Source of the DNA: Candidatus Methylomirabilis oxygeniifera
GTDB taxonomy: Bacteria; Methylomirabilota; Methylomirabilia; Methylomirabilales; Methylomirabilaceae
Direction of reading: 5' to 3'
NCBI GenBank assembly: GCA_000091165.1
Contig: FP565575.1
Coordinates: 2,220,001-2,252,000 of the forward strand
DNA: 32,000 bases
The number at the start of each line of letters is the position of its first letter. Position 1 is the first letter of the stretch. Below are positions 1 to 8,390 of this stretch, in pieces. Under the pieces are notes generated by a model. The model saw nothing but the letters and a program-made list of their open reading frames with translations. It was not told where the DNA came from and did not search any database. A program made the position numbers and the translations under genes.

Positions 1-454
1 TGCCGGTCGAAGGCGGCATCTCCGGAATGCGGTCCAGCTTGTGCTCACGCTCGTAGTCCGCCACAAACCGCTCCAGATTGCCGATACCAACCGGATCGTT
101 CTTCTTGCCCACCACGCAGACCGCCTCGCATTGCTTATCCTGGGGACAGACACGGCCGCAGGCGGCGGGAAGAAAGTTGGTTTCACGAATCTTCTTGGCC
201 GCACCGGCGACGTCCCCCTCCTCAACAAGCTTAATGAAGGCGGGGATGTTGATGCCTACAGGACACGCGGGTACGCATTCAGGCTTCTTACACTGAATGC
301 ACCGTATTGCCTCGTCCTGGGCCTGCTCCATCGAGTAGCCGATGGGCACCTCCTCCCAGCTAAGAATGCGCAACCCTGCCTCATGTAGCGGCATGTGGTT
401 GCGTGGCTTCTGCATCCGCTCCTTTGCACTGAGTCCCTTGCGTACTTCTGCCAT
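1..454 (-). CDS. Glutamate synthase small-subunit-like / NfnB-SudB-type NAD(P)H oxidoreductase, N-terminal part (3' end runs off the left edge)
   Basis: Reverse-strand reading from ATG at 454 gives MAEVRKGLSAKERMQKPRNHMPLHEAGLRILSWEEVPIGYSMEQAQDEAIRCIQCKKPECVPACPVGINIPAFIKLVEEGDVAGAAKKIRETNFLPAVCGRVCPQDKQCEAVCVVGKKNDPVGIGNLERFVADYE, the cysteine-rich N-terminal motif of the GltD/SudB/NfnB family. Missed by the ORF track because it is truncated. Confidence 0.9.
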   Translation of the reverse strand, partial: MAEVRKGLSAKERMQKPRNHMPLHEAGLRILSWEEVPIGYSMEQAQDEAIRCIQCKKPECVPACPVGINIPAFIKLVEEGDVAGAAKKIRETNFLPAACGRVCPQDKQCEAVCVVGKKNDPVGIGNLERFVADYEREHKLDRIPEMPPSTG

Positions 455-469
455 CTCGACGCCTCTCCC

Positions 470-2116
470 TTATCGCTGCATCGCCTCGAAGGCGATCTTT
501 TCTTGCTCGACAAACATCCTCTGGCGCTTTATCAACTCATCGAAGTTCACCTGGTGGGCGTTGAAATCGGGTCCATGGTAGCAGGCGAACCGGGTTTTGC
601 CGCCTACGCTCACCCGGCAGGCGCCGCACATGCCGGTGCCGTCCACCATGATGGCATTCAACGACACCCACGTCTCGACCCCTTTTCCCTCTGTCATCTT
701 CGCAACGGCCATCATCATCGGCACGGGACCGACCGCCAATGCCATGGACACCTTCTCTTGCGCCATAATCTGTTCCAGCGCATGGGTGACAAAACCTTGA
801 ATCCCGACCGAGCCGTCATTGGTGGTGACGAACACCTCATCGCACACCGCCTTGAGCTCGTCAACCAGGATTAACAGGTCCTTCGTGCGGGCGCCCACCA
901 CGCCGTAGACCTTATTGCCAAGCGCCCTCAAATCCCGCGCCGTGGGGATGACGGCGCCGGTGCCGTAACCGCCTCCGAGCACCACACAGGCGCCCTCGTA
1001 TTTGGCGACGTGGGAACGTTGACCCAGCGGCCCGACGACGTCATGAAAGCTGTCGCCCACGTTCTTCTGCGTAGCCTCAGTGGACGTCCTGCCCGCAGCC
1101 ATGATGACGATCTCGATGTATCCCTTCTCTCTGTCCCATCCGGCGATGGAGAGCGGAATGCGCTCGCTGTCGTAATTGGGACGCATGATGATGAACTGTC
1201 CGGCTTGTATCTTCCTAGCCAGAAGCGGCGCGTTCACCTTAAAGTAGTAGGTGTTGGGGCACAGTTCCCGCTTTTCGAGGATCGAAAAATCCTGGTGATA
1301 TTTGCCCCTGGGCGTGGTCTCCTTTTCAGCCAGGCCGTGCCGGCAGTAATGCAACTGATATTCGGCTTCGCTGCGGACAATAAAGGCATCATCCCAATCG
1401 AAGTGATCCATCCCGAGAATGGCCCGGAAGGCGTTGTGACTTTTCTCTACCTGCTCCGGCGCGAAATAGGAGTTGCGAACCCCTTTGCCTATAGCGCGCA
1501 CCGCGTGCCTGCGGACAAGGGGGGACGGATCTGAGAGACCGGCAAACAGCGTGTCAAACAGCGTCGATCGATCCGCGTCGCCAACCGCCTCAGAGGGAAT
1601 ACGTTTGAAGATCCTCCCCACGCAGTAAAAGGCCGCGGACTTCACCTGTTTGTTGGTAGATTCCGTACACCTCAAAGCCTCCGGCAGGATCCTGGCAATA
1701 GCCGGATCAGTGAAACGCCCCGCTGCCAACAGGAGGTTGATCCTGGCGTAGTCGTCGCTTCGGCTCCTATCGAACCACGAACGAAGCAGGTCCACGACAG
1801 GCGCGCCGATCTGCGCCAAGGCGCCGGCGAAATGCTCCGCCGATTCCGCATCAGCCTCAACGAGTTGCTCGATCATCCATTCGGCGACCTCCGGACCCAG
1901 GGAGGCCAGGACCGACTCACTCTGATCGATGAGTTGAGCCAGCTCCTCATCGCCGGCGTGGTCGCGATAGAAGGTGGTGGAAAGCGCCGCCGCCAACTCC
2001 CGCTTCTCTTCGGAAGAAAGGTCGGAAAGCGTCGACACCTCCGCAAGGGCAGCCTTCAACTGCTCAGTATCCTGGGACGACATTTTGCCTGTAATGCTCT
2101 TGATCCTATTTGTCAT
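470..2116 (-). CDS. NfnA/SudA-like ferredoxin-NADP reductase subunit alpha with N-terminal HEAT-like domain
   Basis: ORF 470..2146; the start at 2116 (MTNRIKS) has a GGAGG upstream. C-terminal half is FNR-like (VLGGGYGTGAVIPTARDL) with a C-terminal [2Fe-2S]-type cysteine motif GTGMCGACRVSVGGKTRFACYHGPDF. N-terminal ~230 aa is all-helical and repeat-like. Confidence 0.85.
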   Translation of the reverse strand: MTNRIKSITGKMSSQDTEQLKAALAEVSTLSDLSSEEKRELAAALSTTFYRDHAGDEELAQLIDQSESVLASLGPEVAEWMIEQLVEADAESAEHFAGALAQIGAPVVDLLRSWFDRSRSDDYARINLLLAAGRFTDPAIARILPEALRCTESTNKQVKSAAFYCVGRIFKRIPSEAVGDADRSTLFDTLFAGLSDPSPLVRRHAVRAIGKGVRNSYFAPEQVEKSHNAFRAILGMDHFDWDDAFIVRSEAEYQLHYCRHGLAEKETTPRGKYHQDFSILEKRELCPNTYYFKVNAPLLARKIQAGQFIIMRPNYDSERIPLSIAGWDREKGYIEIVIMAAGRTSTEATQKNVGDSFHDVVGPLGQRSHVAKYEGACVVLGGGYGTGAVIPTARDLRALGNKVYGVVGARTKDLLILVDELKAVCDEVFVTTNDGSVGIQGFVTHALEQIMAQEKVSMALAVGPVPMMMAVAKMTEGKGVETWVSLNAIMVDGTGMCGACRVSVGGKTRFACYHGPDFNAHQVNFDELIKRQRMFVEQEKIAFEAMQR

Positions 2117-2448
2117 CGGAACCTGCTTCCTCCAAAGGTCCTTCACCTCTTATACACTTGCCGTGCTTGGGTAAAACACGCTTTTTATGATACACAAAAT
2201 CTTACCACCTTACAACTAAATCCGCAATCCCAGAGGTGACCCTACGTAGTTGTAGCAGGAACCCGTGACATGGTCAGATGTCAACCTGCGACCAATATTG
2301 AGAAAGCACTTGACAGCCCCCACATTCCGCATCGATAGTGCAGGCGACTCGCACGTAAAGTCGATATCTACCGTTTCATCGTGTTGTCAGTATCGGCGAC
2401 ATCCCGGTACGTGGCTGAGTCCGGCAGTGATCGAGCGTGGGGGTGCAG

Positions 2449-3165
2449 ATGGTTCGCAAGAAGGCGGGATATGTTCCGGCGTTGGGCTGGGATATCCTCA
2501 CCCCGCTCTACGATCCTCTCGTTCGCGTGACGACGCGCGAGATGGGCTTCAAAAGTCGCCTCCTGGATGAAGCAGGCATCGATCAGGCCGGTCGGATCCT
2601 GGATGTGGGATGCGGGACGGGGACACTGCTCCTGTTGGCGAGGCGCAGGTCAAAATCTTTGTTGGCTATTGGCCTGGATGGTGATATGAACGTGCTGGAC
2701 ATTGCACGGTCAAAGGCTCGTAGAGATGTCGAGCAGATCGCGCTGATCCAGGCGTTCTGCTTTGATATTCCTTTTGCCGACGGCGCATTCGATCGAGTGC
2801 TCTCGAGCCTAATGCTGCACCATCTGACACGATCCGAGAAGGCCCGGACGCTGCAGGAGGTCTTTCGCGTTTTGCGTCCGGGAGGCGAGTTGCATGTCGC
2901 CGACTGGGGACAACCCCATAACCTGCTGATGCGCATGCTGGCTTTCTCTGTACGCCTCGGCGACAGTTTCGCCAGGACCGCGGATAACGTGAAGGGGCGC
3001 CTGCCTGCGCTCTTTCGAGACGCCGGGTTCGAGAAGGTCTCAGAGACGGCCCGGTTTGCGACACTGTTCGGCACGTTGTCGCTGTACAAGGCGTATAAGC
3101 CGCTCACGGCTGCCGCCCATCGGCGCAGCGGCAGCACATCCGGACATTCGCTGATGGGAGTATGA
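2449..3165 (+). CDS. Class I SAM-dependent methyltransferase
   Basis: Motif I ILDVGCGTGTLLLLARRR, then FDIPFADGAFDRVLSSLMLHHL and FRVLRPGGELHVADWG. Confidence 0.9.
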   Translation: MVRKKAGYVPALGWDILTPLYDPLVRVTTREMGFKSRLLDEAGIDQAGRILDVGCGTGTLLLLARRRSKSLLAIGLDGDMNVLDIARSKARRDVEQIALIQAFCFDIPFADGAFDRVLSSLMLHHLTRSEKARTLQEVFRVLRPGGELHVADWGQPHNLLMRMLAFSVRLGDSFARTADNVKGRLPALFRDAGFEKVSETARFATLFGTLSLYKAYKPLTAAAHRRSGSTSGHSLMGV

Positions 3166-3349
3166 GGCTATCATTACACAGCAGGTGCCCGATGAACGCA
3201 TGAGATCGAAGCAGCAGAGAGACTACCATGACGCGTACGCGATCGTCGTCTGCCTGTCAAACAGTACTTGCATACAGGACGCCACTCCCTTTTTAACGGC
3301 CGGACCGTCGTAGGCCTGGGTGTGGGAGGAGGAACCCTGGGAGGTTAAC

Positions 3350-3817
3350 ATGGCTGCAGTGACCGCTATCATTTTTGTGGTGATAGCCTTGTTTGGTTTG
3401 GCGTGGCCCTTTCTCTACACGTACAGACTCAAGTGGAGAAGAATCGCTCTGGATAAGGAGATTCAGTACTTCCAGAATCGGGTGATTATCGTCACCGAGA
3501 ACGCTATTCCCGGCAGGGCAACAGAACAAGTCCTGGGGCCAGCCACAGGGATCTCGCGTATACCTGCTTCAAATGACGACGAGCGAAAGCTGGCTGAACG
3601 AGAGGCGATGCACAGCCTTATTAAACAGGCGCTCCAGATGGGCGCAAACGCGATCCTCGATCTGAAAATGGTCGAAGAAAGTTACGAGCACACGGACCCG
3701 AAGAAGTTGCTTGTCCTCCCTGCCGTCACGTTTACGGCTACGAAGGTGACATATGCAGGAACATCTGCGAAAGTAGCCTTGACGGATTCTCCGTCTGAGG
3801 GACAAAGAGGCGTCTGA
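3350..3817 (+). CDS. Membrane-anchored YbjQ/UPF0145-like (heavy-metal-binding-domain-like) protein
   Basis: N-terminal TM helix (AAVTAIIFVVIALFGLAWPFLY) followed by a YbjQ-like region (VIIVTENAIPGRATEQVLGPATGISR...REAMHSLIKQALQMGANAILDLKM). GGAGG-like RBS before ATG 3350. Confidence 0.6.
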   Translation: MAAVTAIIFVVIALFGLAWPFLYTYRLKWRRIALDKEIQYFQNRVIIVTENAIPGRATEQVLGPATGISRIPASNDDERKLAEREAMHSLIKQALQMGANAILDLKMVEESYEHTDPKKLLVLPAVTFTATKVTYAGTSAKVALTDSPSEGQRGV

Positions 3818-3938
3818 CAGGAATGGTATCAACTGCACGGTTTCTACTGAACGTCTTTCCAGGTCCGCCTGCGCGCCCCTCTCGGCGCCACACAAAGACA
3901 AGGCGGCGATCCGTTGTGCGTATCCGAGGAGCGAGCGG

Positions 3939-5210
3939 ATGATCTCACGTCACCGAGTCATCGCAGTTGTCTTGCTGATCCTCTGGATTGGAGGCGTCGC
4001 CCCTTCTGTTGAGGCTTCGGATCTCAAGAATACCATCAGGAATCTTTACGGAAGCCAGGGGATTCTCCTCGAGCCGAGCCCTCTCCCTTTCTTCACCCAG
4101 GAGTCGCGCTTTCAGGCATCGTCACTTCAGGGGCTTGACCAACTCAATACCCAGTTGACCTCCGCAATAGGGCTCCCCTCATTCGGCTCTTCGGTGACCG
4201 GTTTTACCTTCGATCTGGAGCGCGGGATTCCGGTCCGAACGACCGAGAGCCTCGGCCCTCTACTGACGGAGCGCGCCACCACCCTTGGCGCGCGCAAGCT
4301 CGATGTCACCCTCGCCTACACTCGACTGAACTTTACTAAGCTGCAAGGCAAAGACCTTAACAACCTGGATCTGGTGTTCCGGCGTGGCGATATCAATGGA
4401 AACGGAATCCGGGATACCAGCGGCCCGTTCAGCTTTGAGAGCGATATTATTCGCGCCAGATTCAAGGTCGATCTGAACGAAGATATTATTGCCTTCATCG
4501 CGACATACGGTGTTACCCCCGTATGGGACGTCGGGCTCGTTGTCCCCATCATCCATGTTCGACTCAAAGCCAGAGCGTCGGCTGCCGTCTTCGATCAGTT
4601 CGGCAATCCCGGCGGGACGAGAATCGGCGACCTCCCGATCCATCGGTTTGGGCCTCACTCCAACTGCCGCCTGCCCATCGACTCAGACTCTTGCGCCGCC
4701 CGCGGAGGTGGTGAGGAGACCGGCGTTGGGGATATCATCCTTCGAACGAAATACAACTTCGTGCGCAACGCGGGCGGCCTTACTCCGGACTTGGCATTTC
4801 TGTTCGAAGTAAAGCTTCCAACGGGGGATGAGGGACGACTTCTGGGAACCGGTGGGACTGACCTGGGCGGTCTCTTCATCGCCTCCAAAACCTATGGGCG
4901 ATGGTTCACGCCTCACGTGAACGTCGGCTACGAGATTAATACCAAAGAGCTTGAGCAGAACAGTATCAGATATGCCCTCGGTTTTGACGCCCGTCTTCTG
5001 TCAAAGCTGTCATTTGACGCCGACGTCATCGGTCGCTTCAAGCCGGCCGGGAACGAAACCGGGGAGCATATTCACGATCTGTCGCTCGGCGTAAAATGGA
5101 ATCCTCTGAGCGCCTGGATCGTCCGGACGAACATCCAGATTCCGCTGGATAAAAACAGCGGCCTTCGAGCCGATGTGATTCCCACAGTAGGGGTCGAGTA
5201 TCTTTTCTAA
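3939..5210 (+). CDS. Putative outer-membrane transporter / MetA-like beta-barrel protein
   Basis: Signal peptide (MISRHRVIAVVLLILWIGGVAPSVEA), many alternating amphipathic strands, VGDIILRTKYNF...FLFEVKLPTGDE, C-terminal phenylalanine (VGVEYLF). Confidence 0.65.
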   Translation: MISRHRVIAVVLLILWIGGVAPSVEASDLKNTIRNLYGSQGILLEPSPLPFFTQESRFQASSLQGLDQLNTQLTSAIGLPSFGSSVTGFTFDLERGIPVRTTESLGPLLTERATTLGARKLDVTLAYTRLNFTKLQGKDLNNLDLVFRRGDINGNGIRDTSGPFSFESDIIRARFKVDLNEDIIAFIATYGVTPVWDVGLVVPIIHVRLKARASAAVFDQFGNPGGTRIGDLPIHRFGPHSNCRLPIDSDSCAARGGGEETGVGDIILRTKYNFVRNAGGLTPDLAFLFEVKLPTGDEGRLLGTGGTDLGGLFIASKTYGRWFTPHVNVGYEINTKELEQNSIRYALGFDARLLSKLSFDADVIGRFKPAGNETGEHIHDLSLGVKWNPLSAWIVRTNIQIPLDKNSGLRADVIPTVGVEYLF

Positions 5211-5237
5211 GGTCTTAAGAGTCTTGGGATCGCCTGA

Positions 5238-6185
5238 ATGTCACTCCTGACAAGTCGTCTTACTCCCTTCATCGTTGCGGCTTGCGTTGTCGTTGGAGCA
5301 ATGGTCTGCGCCTCGACATCGGCAGAGGCGGCAAAGATCATCGCGCTGAAGAGCGCCGATGTCGATGTCTACAATGAGGCGTTGGAGGGGTTCAAGAGCG
5401 GTTCGCAGGGATCGACCGTCATCGAGTACGATATGGAGGGGGACCTCCAGAAGGGCAAAAAGTTTCTGGCGCGACTCAAATCCGGCTCGAAGCCTGACCT
5501 CATCCTTGCGGTGGGGATCTGGGCCTTACAGATTGTAGCTGAGGAGATACAAGACATCCCGGTCGTCTTTGCCATGGTGTTGAACCCGACCACAGTGATC
5601 GGGCAAGAGACTCGCAATATCACCGGCGCCAGCATGAATGTTCCGATCGAGCAACAACTTGCCTTGCTGAAAAAAATCTCACCCCAGGTCAGGAGAATCG
5701 GCGTCATTTATGATCCCTCGAAGACCGGGTGGTTGGTGAAGCAGGCTGAGCGGCTCGCCAAAGATCAGGGTATCAGGCTCGTCACTAAGGCCGTTGCCTC
5801 ACCAAAGGACTCGTTTGCCGCCCTGGATGCCATGCAGGACGAGATCGACGCCCTTTGGATTGTGCCGGATCTGACCGTTCTGGCGCCTGAATCGGTTCAG
5901 TACATGCTGCTCTTCTCCTTCAGACACAAGATCCCCGTTCTTGGCCTCTCAGAGAATCAGGCCAGAATGGGCGCCCTCCTCGGCCTCTCTTTTGAAAGCG
6001 GATGGGATATCGGGAGCCAGGCCGCTGAGTTGGCGAACGGGATCCTTTCCGGCAAGAGCATTGAAGAGATCCCGTTCACGACAGCGAGAAAGACGCGGTT
6101 GACGGTGAATCTGAAGAGTGCCGGCAAGCTCGGGGTGCATATCCCCAAGGAGATTCTCGACCGGGCCGACGTGGTGATTCGATAG
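5238..6185 (+). CDS. ABC transporter substrate-binding protein, TrpX/ABC_sub_bind type
   Basis: Signal peptide, AAKIIALKSADVDVYNEALEGFK, DLILAVGIWALQIVAEEIQDIPVVFAMVLNP, IRRIGVIYDPSKTGW, LWIVPDLTVLAPESVQYMLLFS. Confidence 0.85.
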   Translation: MSLLTSRLTPFIVAACVVVGAMVCASTSAEAAKIIALKSADVDVYNEALEGFKSGSQGSTVIEYDMEGDLQKGKKFLARLKSGSKPDLILAVGIWALQIVAEEIQDIPVVFAMVLNPTTVIGQETRNITGASMNVPIEQQLALLKKISPQVRRIGVIYDPSKTGWLVKQAERLAKDQGIRLVTKAVASPKDSFAALDAMQDEIDALWIVPDLTVLAPESVQYMLLFSFRHKIPVLGLSENQARMGALLGLSFESGWDIGSQAAELANGILSGKSIEEIPFTTARKTRLTVNLKSAGKLGVHIPKEILDRADVVIR

Positions 6186-6222
6186 CTCGAGAGGGGCCAG
6201 GCTGAGTCGCAAGGATGAACGG

Positions 6223-7938
6223 ATGAGAATCGGACAGATAACCAGATTCCGGACAAAGGTGCTGCTGTCGATCATTCCGATGATTCTGGCCCTCTGTGTC
6301 CTCTTCGGTGGGATGTCGCTGTATCAACATAACAGGTTACTGCATAGCGAGTTTGTGAAACGCGGCAAGGCTCTCGCCAGCAATCTGGCCGCCAGCGGTG
6401 AGCTCGGCGTCTTCAGTGAGGACGAGCGGCTTCTGAATGCCGCGTTACGAGGGATTACCGGTGAAGAGGATGTCGCCTACGTCTTCATTTACAACGATGC
6501 CGGGAAGCGTCTCATCGGCGGGGGCAAGGCCCTGACCCAACCCGGCCTTGGACCGACCACCGAAACGTTGAATCACGAGATCCGCGCACAAATGTTGACC
6601 GACCATCAACCTGCCAGCAGAACCGTTAAGGAGACCGGGGCGGAGTCGTTTCTGGAGTTTTACGCACCGATCGTCTCTGCCGAAGTCCGCCTGGTTGAAG
6701 AACAATACTTCGGGATGCCTCGATCGACTCCAGGTCTCAGTGAGGACCGGAGCCGTGTTATCGGGATTGCAAGGGTCGGCCTGTCGATGCGGAACATCGA
6801 TGCCCATTCAGCCTACCTGATCAAGCTCTGGGCCATTCTATCCGTCGTCTTTCTGGCCGGCGGCGCGCTCGCCGCGTATGCCCTCTCCCGAAGGATCACC
6901 CAGCCGATTACTCGGTTGACGGAGTCTACCGCGCGGATGGCCGAGGGGCAGATTGATCAGGAAATCTCAGTCGATTCTCTGGATGAGCTCGGGACGTTGG
7001 CAACAACCTACAACAAGATGGCTAAGGCATTAACGTATACCTTGGATGAACGGGCGAGAGTGGCCAGAGAGCTTCGGGACCTGAACCGGAGTCTGGAGGA
7101 TCGGATTCGCGAACGGACCTCTCAACTGGAAGAGACCAACCGAGACCTCTCGCGGGCGAGTCGTCACAAATCAGAGTTCCTGGCCAATATGAGTCATGAG
7201 TTGCGAACGCCCTTAAACGCGATTCTGGGGTTTACCGACCTGATTATTGATGGGATCTACGGTCAGGTCCCGAATGAGTTGCGCGAATCGATGGAAGACA
7301 TCCGCATTAACGGCCGACATTTACTCAGGCTCATCAACGATGTATTGGATCTCTCGAAAATTGAAGCTGGACAAATGCGATTGAATCTGGGTGAATACTC
7401 TCTTCAATCGTTGATCGACTCTGTGATCTCAGCAACGCGATCGCTGGCGACGGAAAAGCGACTGGAGCTGGTCGCCCGAGTTGAGGCGGATCTGCCGCCC
7501 GCGTTGGGCGACAGCAAGCGCATGACCCAGGTCCTGATGAACCTCGTCGGCAATGCCATTAAATTCACCCCAGGGGGCGGTTCCGTAAACGTCACGGCAA
7601 AGTCCGTTTCGAGTTCTGAGTTTCAAGTTTCCAGTTCTCAACCCGAAACCCGAAACCCGAAACCCGAAACACCGACATCACCAGATTTCATAGAAATTTC
7701 GGTCGCGGATACGGGAATCGGTATTCCTGCCGAAGAGCTAAAAAGTATTTTCGGTGAATTTCGCCAAGTTGACAGCTCCATCACCAGAGAATACGGCGGA
7801 AGCGGTCTTGGTCTCAGCATCGCGAAGCGACTGGTTGAGATGCATAGAGGGTCTATCTGGGCGGACAGTCAGGTTGGAAGGGGATCAACTTTCTACGTCC
7901 GCATTCCGCTCCGGACTCAGTGGGAGGGGAGCCTGTGA
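6223..7938 (+). CDS. Membrane sensor histidine kinase (periplasmic domain - TM - HAMP - HisKA - HATPase)
   Basis: Two TM segments, HAMP (LSRRITQPITRLTEST), H-box SHKSEFLANMSHELRTPLNAILGF, N-box VLMNLVGNAIKFTP, G boxes VADTGIGIPAEEL and GGSGLGLSIAKRLVEMH. Confidence 0.95.
   Translation: MRIGQITRFRTKVLLSIIPMILALCVLFGGMSLYQHNRLLHSEFVKRGKALASNLAASGELGVFSEDERLLNAALRGITGEEDVAYVFIYNDAGKRLIGGGKALTQPGLGPTTETLNHEIRAQMLTDHQPASRTVKETGAESFLEFYAPIVSAEVRLVEEQYFGMPRSTPGLSEDRSRVIGIARVGLSMRNIDAHSAYLIKLWAILSVVFLAGGALAAYALSRRITQPITRLTESTARMAEGQIDQEISVDSLDELGTLATTYNKMAKALTYTLDERARVARELRDLNRSLEDRIRERTSQLEETNRDLSRASRHKSEFLANMSHELRTPLNAILGFTDLIIDGIYGQVPNELRESMEDIRINGRHLLRLINDVLDLSKIEAGQMRLNLGEYSLQSLIDSVISATRSLATEKRLELVARVEADLPPALGDSKRMTQVLMNLVGNAIKFTPGGGSVNVTAKSVSSSEFQVSSSQPETRNPKPETPTSPDFIEISVADTGIGIPAEELKSIFGEFRQVDSSITREYGGSGLGLSIAKRLVEMHRGSIWADSQVGRGSTFYVRIPLRTQWEGSL
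7611..7673 (+). repeat. In-frame 7-nt-periodic repeat tract with imperfect palindromic arrangement, inside the histidine kinase
   Basis: Nine 7-nt units: gagttct gagtttc aagtttc cagttct caacccg aaacccg aaacccg aaacccg aaacacc. Includes four exact CCCGAAA copies at 7642-7669. Confidence 0.9.
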
Positions 7939-8306
7939 GCGGGAATCTGATCTTGCATGTTGAGGATAACCAATACAATCGGAAGATTATCAGGGACCTT
8001 CTCTCCAAACACAACTATGAGATCATGGAGGCTCATAATGGGGAGGCCGCGCTCGACGCGCTGGCACGCCGGCGACCTGACCTCATCTTGATGGATATTC
8101 AGTTGCCGAAGCTTTCCGGCCTTGAAGTTACTCGGAGAATCAGGGCCGATCCCTCACTCGCCCAGATCCCGATCATCGCCATCACCTCATTTGCCCTGAG
8201 TGGCGATGAGCGCACAGCCTTTGAGGCGGGTTGCAGCGCCTATATCGCAAAGCCTTTCAGGCCGCGAGATCTCCTGGAGATGATCCAACGCTTCTTGGGT
8301 CCGTAA
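7935..8306 (+). CDS. Single-domain response regulator (CheY-like receiver)
   Basis: GTG start at 7935 overlaps the kinase TGA (7936-7938). Receiver motifs HVEDNQYNRK, PDLILMDIQLPKLSG, IIAITSFA, AYIAKPFRPRDL. Confidence 0.9.
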   Translation: MSGNLILHVEDNQYNRKIIRDLLSKHNYEIMEAHNGEAALDALARRRPDLILMDIQLPKLSGLEVTRRIRADPSLAQIPIIAITSFALSGDERTAFEAGCSAYIAKPFRPRDLLEMIQRFLGP

Positions 8307-8390
8307 GCGCCTCTATTGGGGGGGAAGAGATAGGGATCGACAGGACACCGATGCTGTCGAGCATGAGAAGAGCGGTATGTCGGAGGAGAG

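Noticed and set aside
41-388. 115-aa plus-strand ORF (MLTLVVRHKPLQI...)
   Set aside because: Antisense to the strongly supported GltD/SudB-like reading frame with cysteine motifs; no domain-like features.
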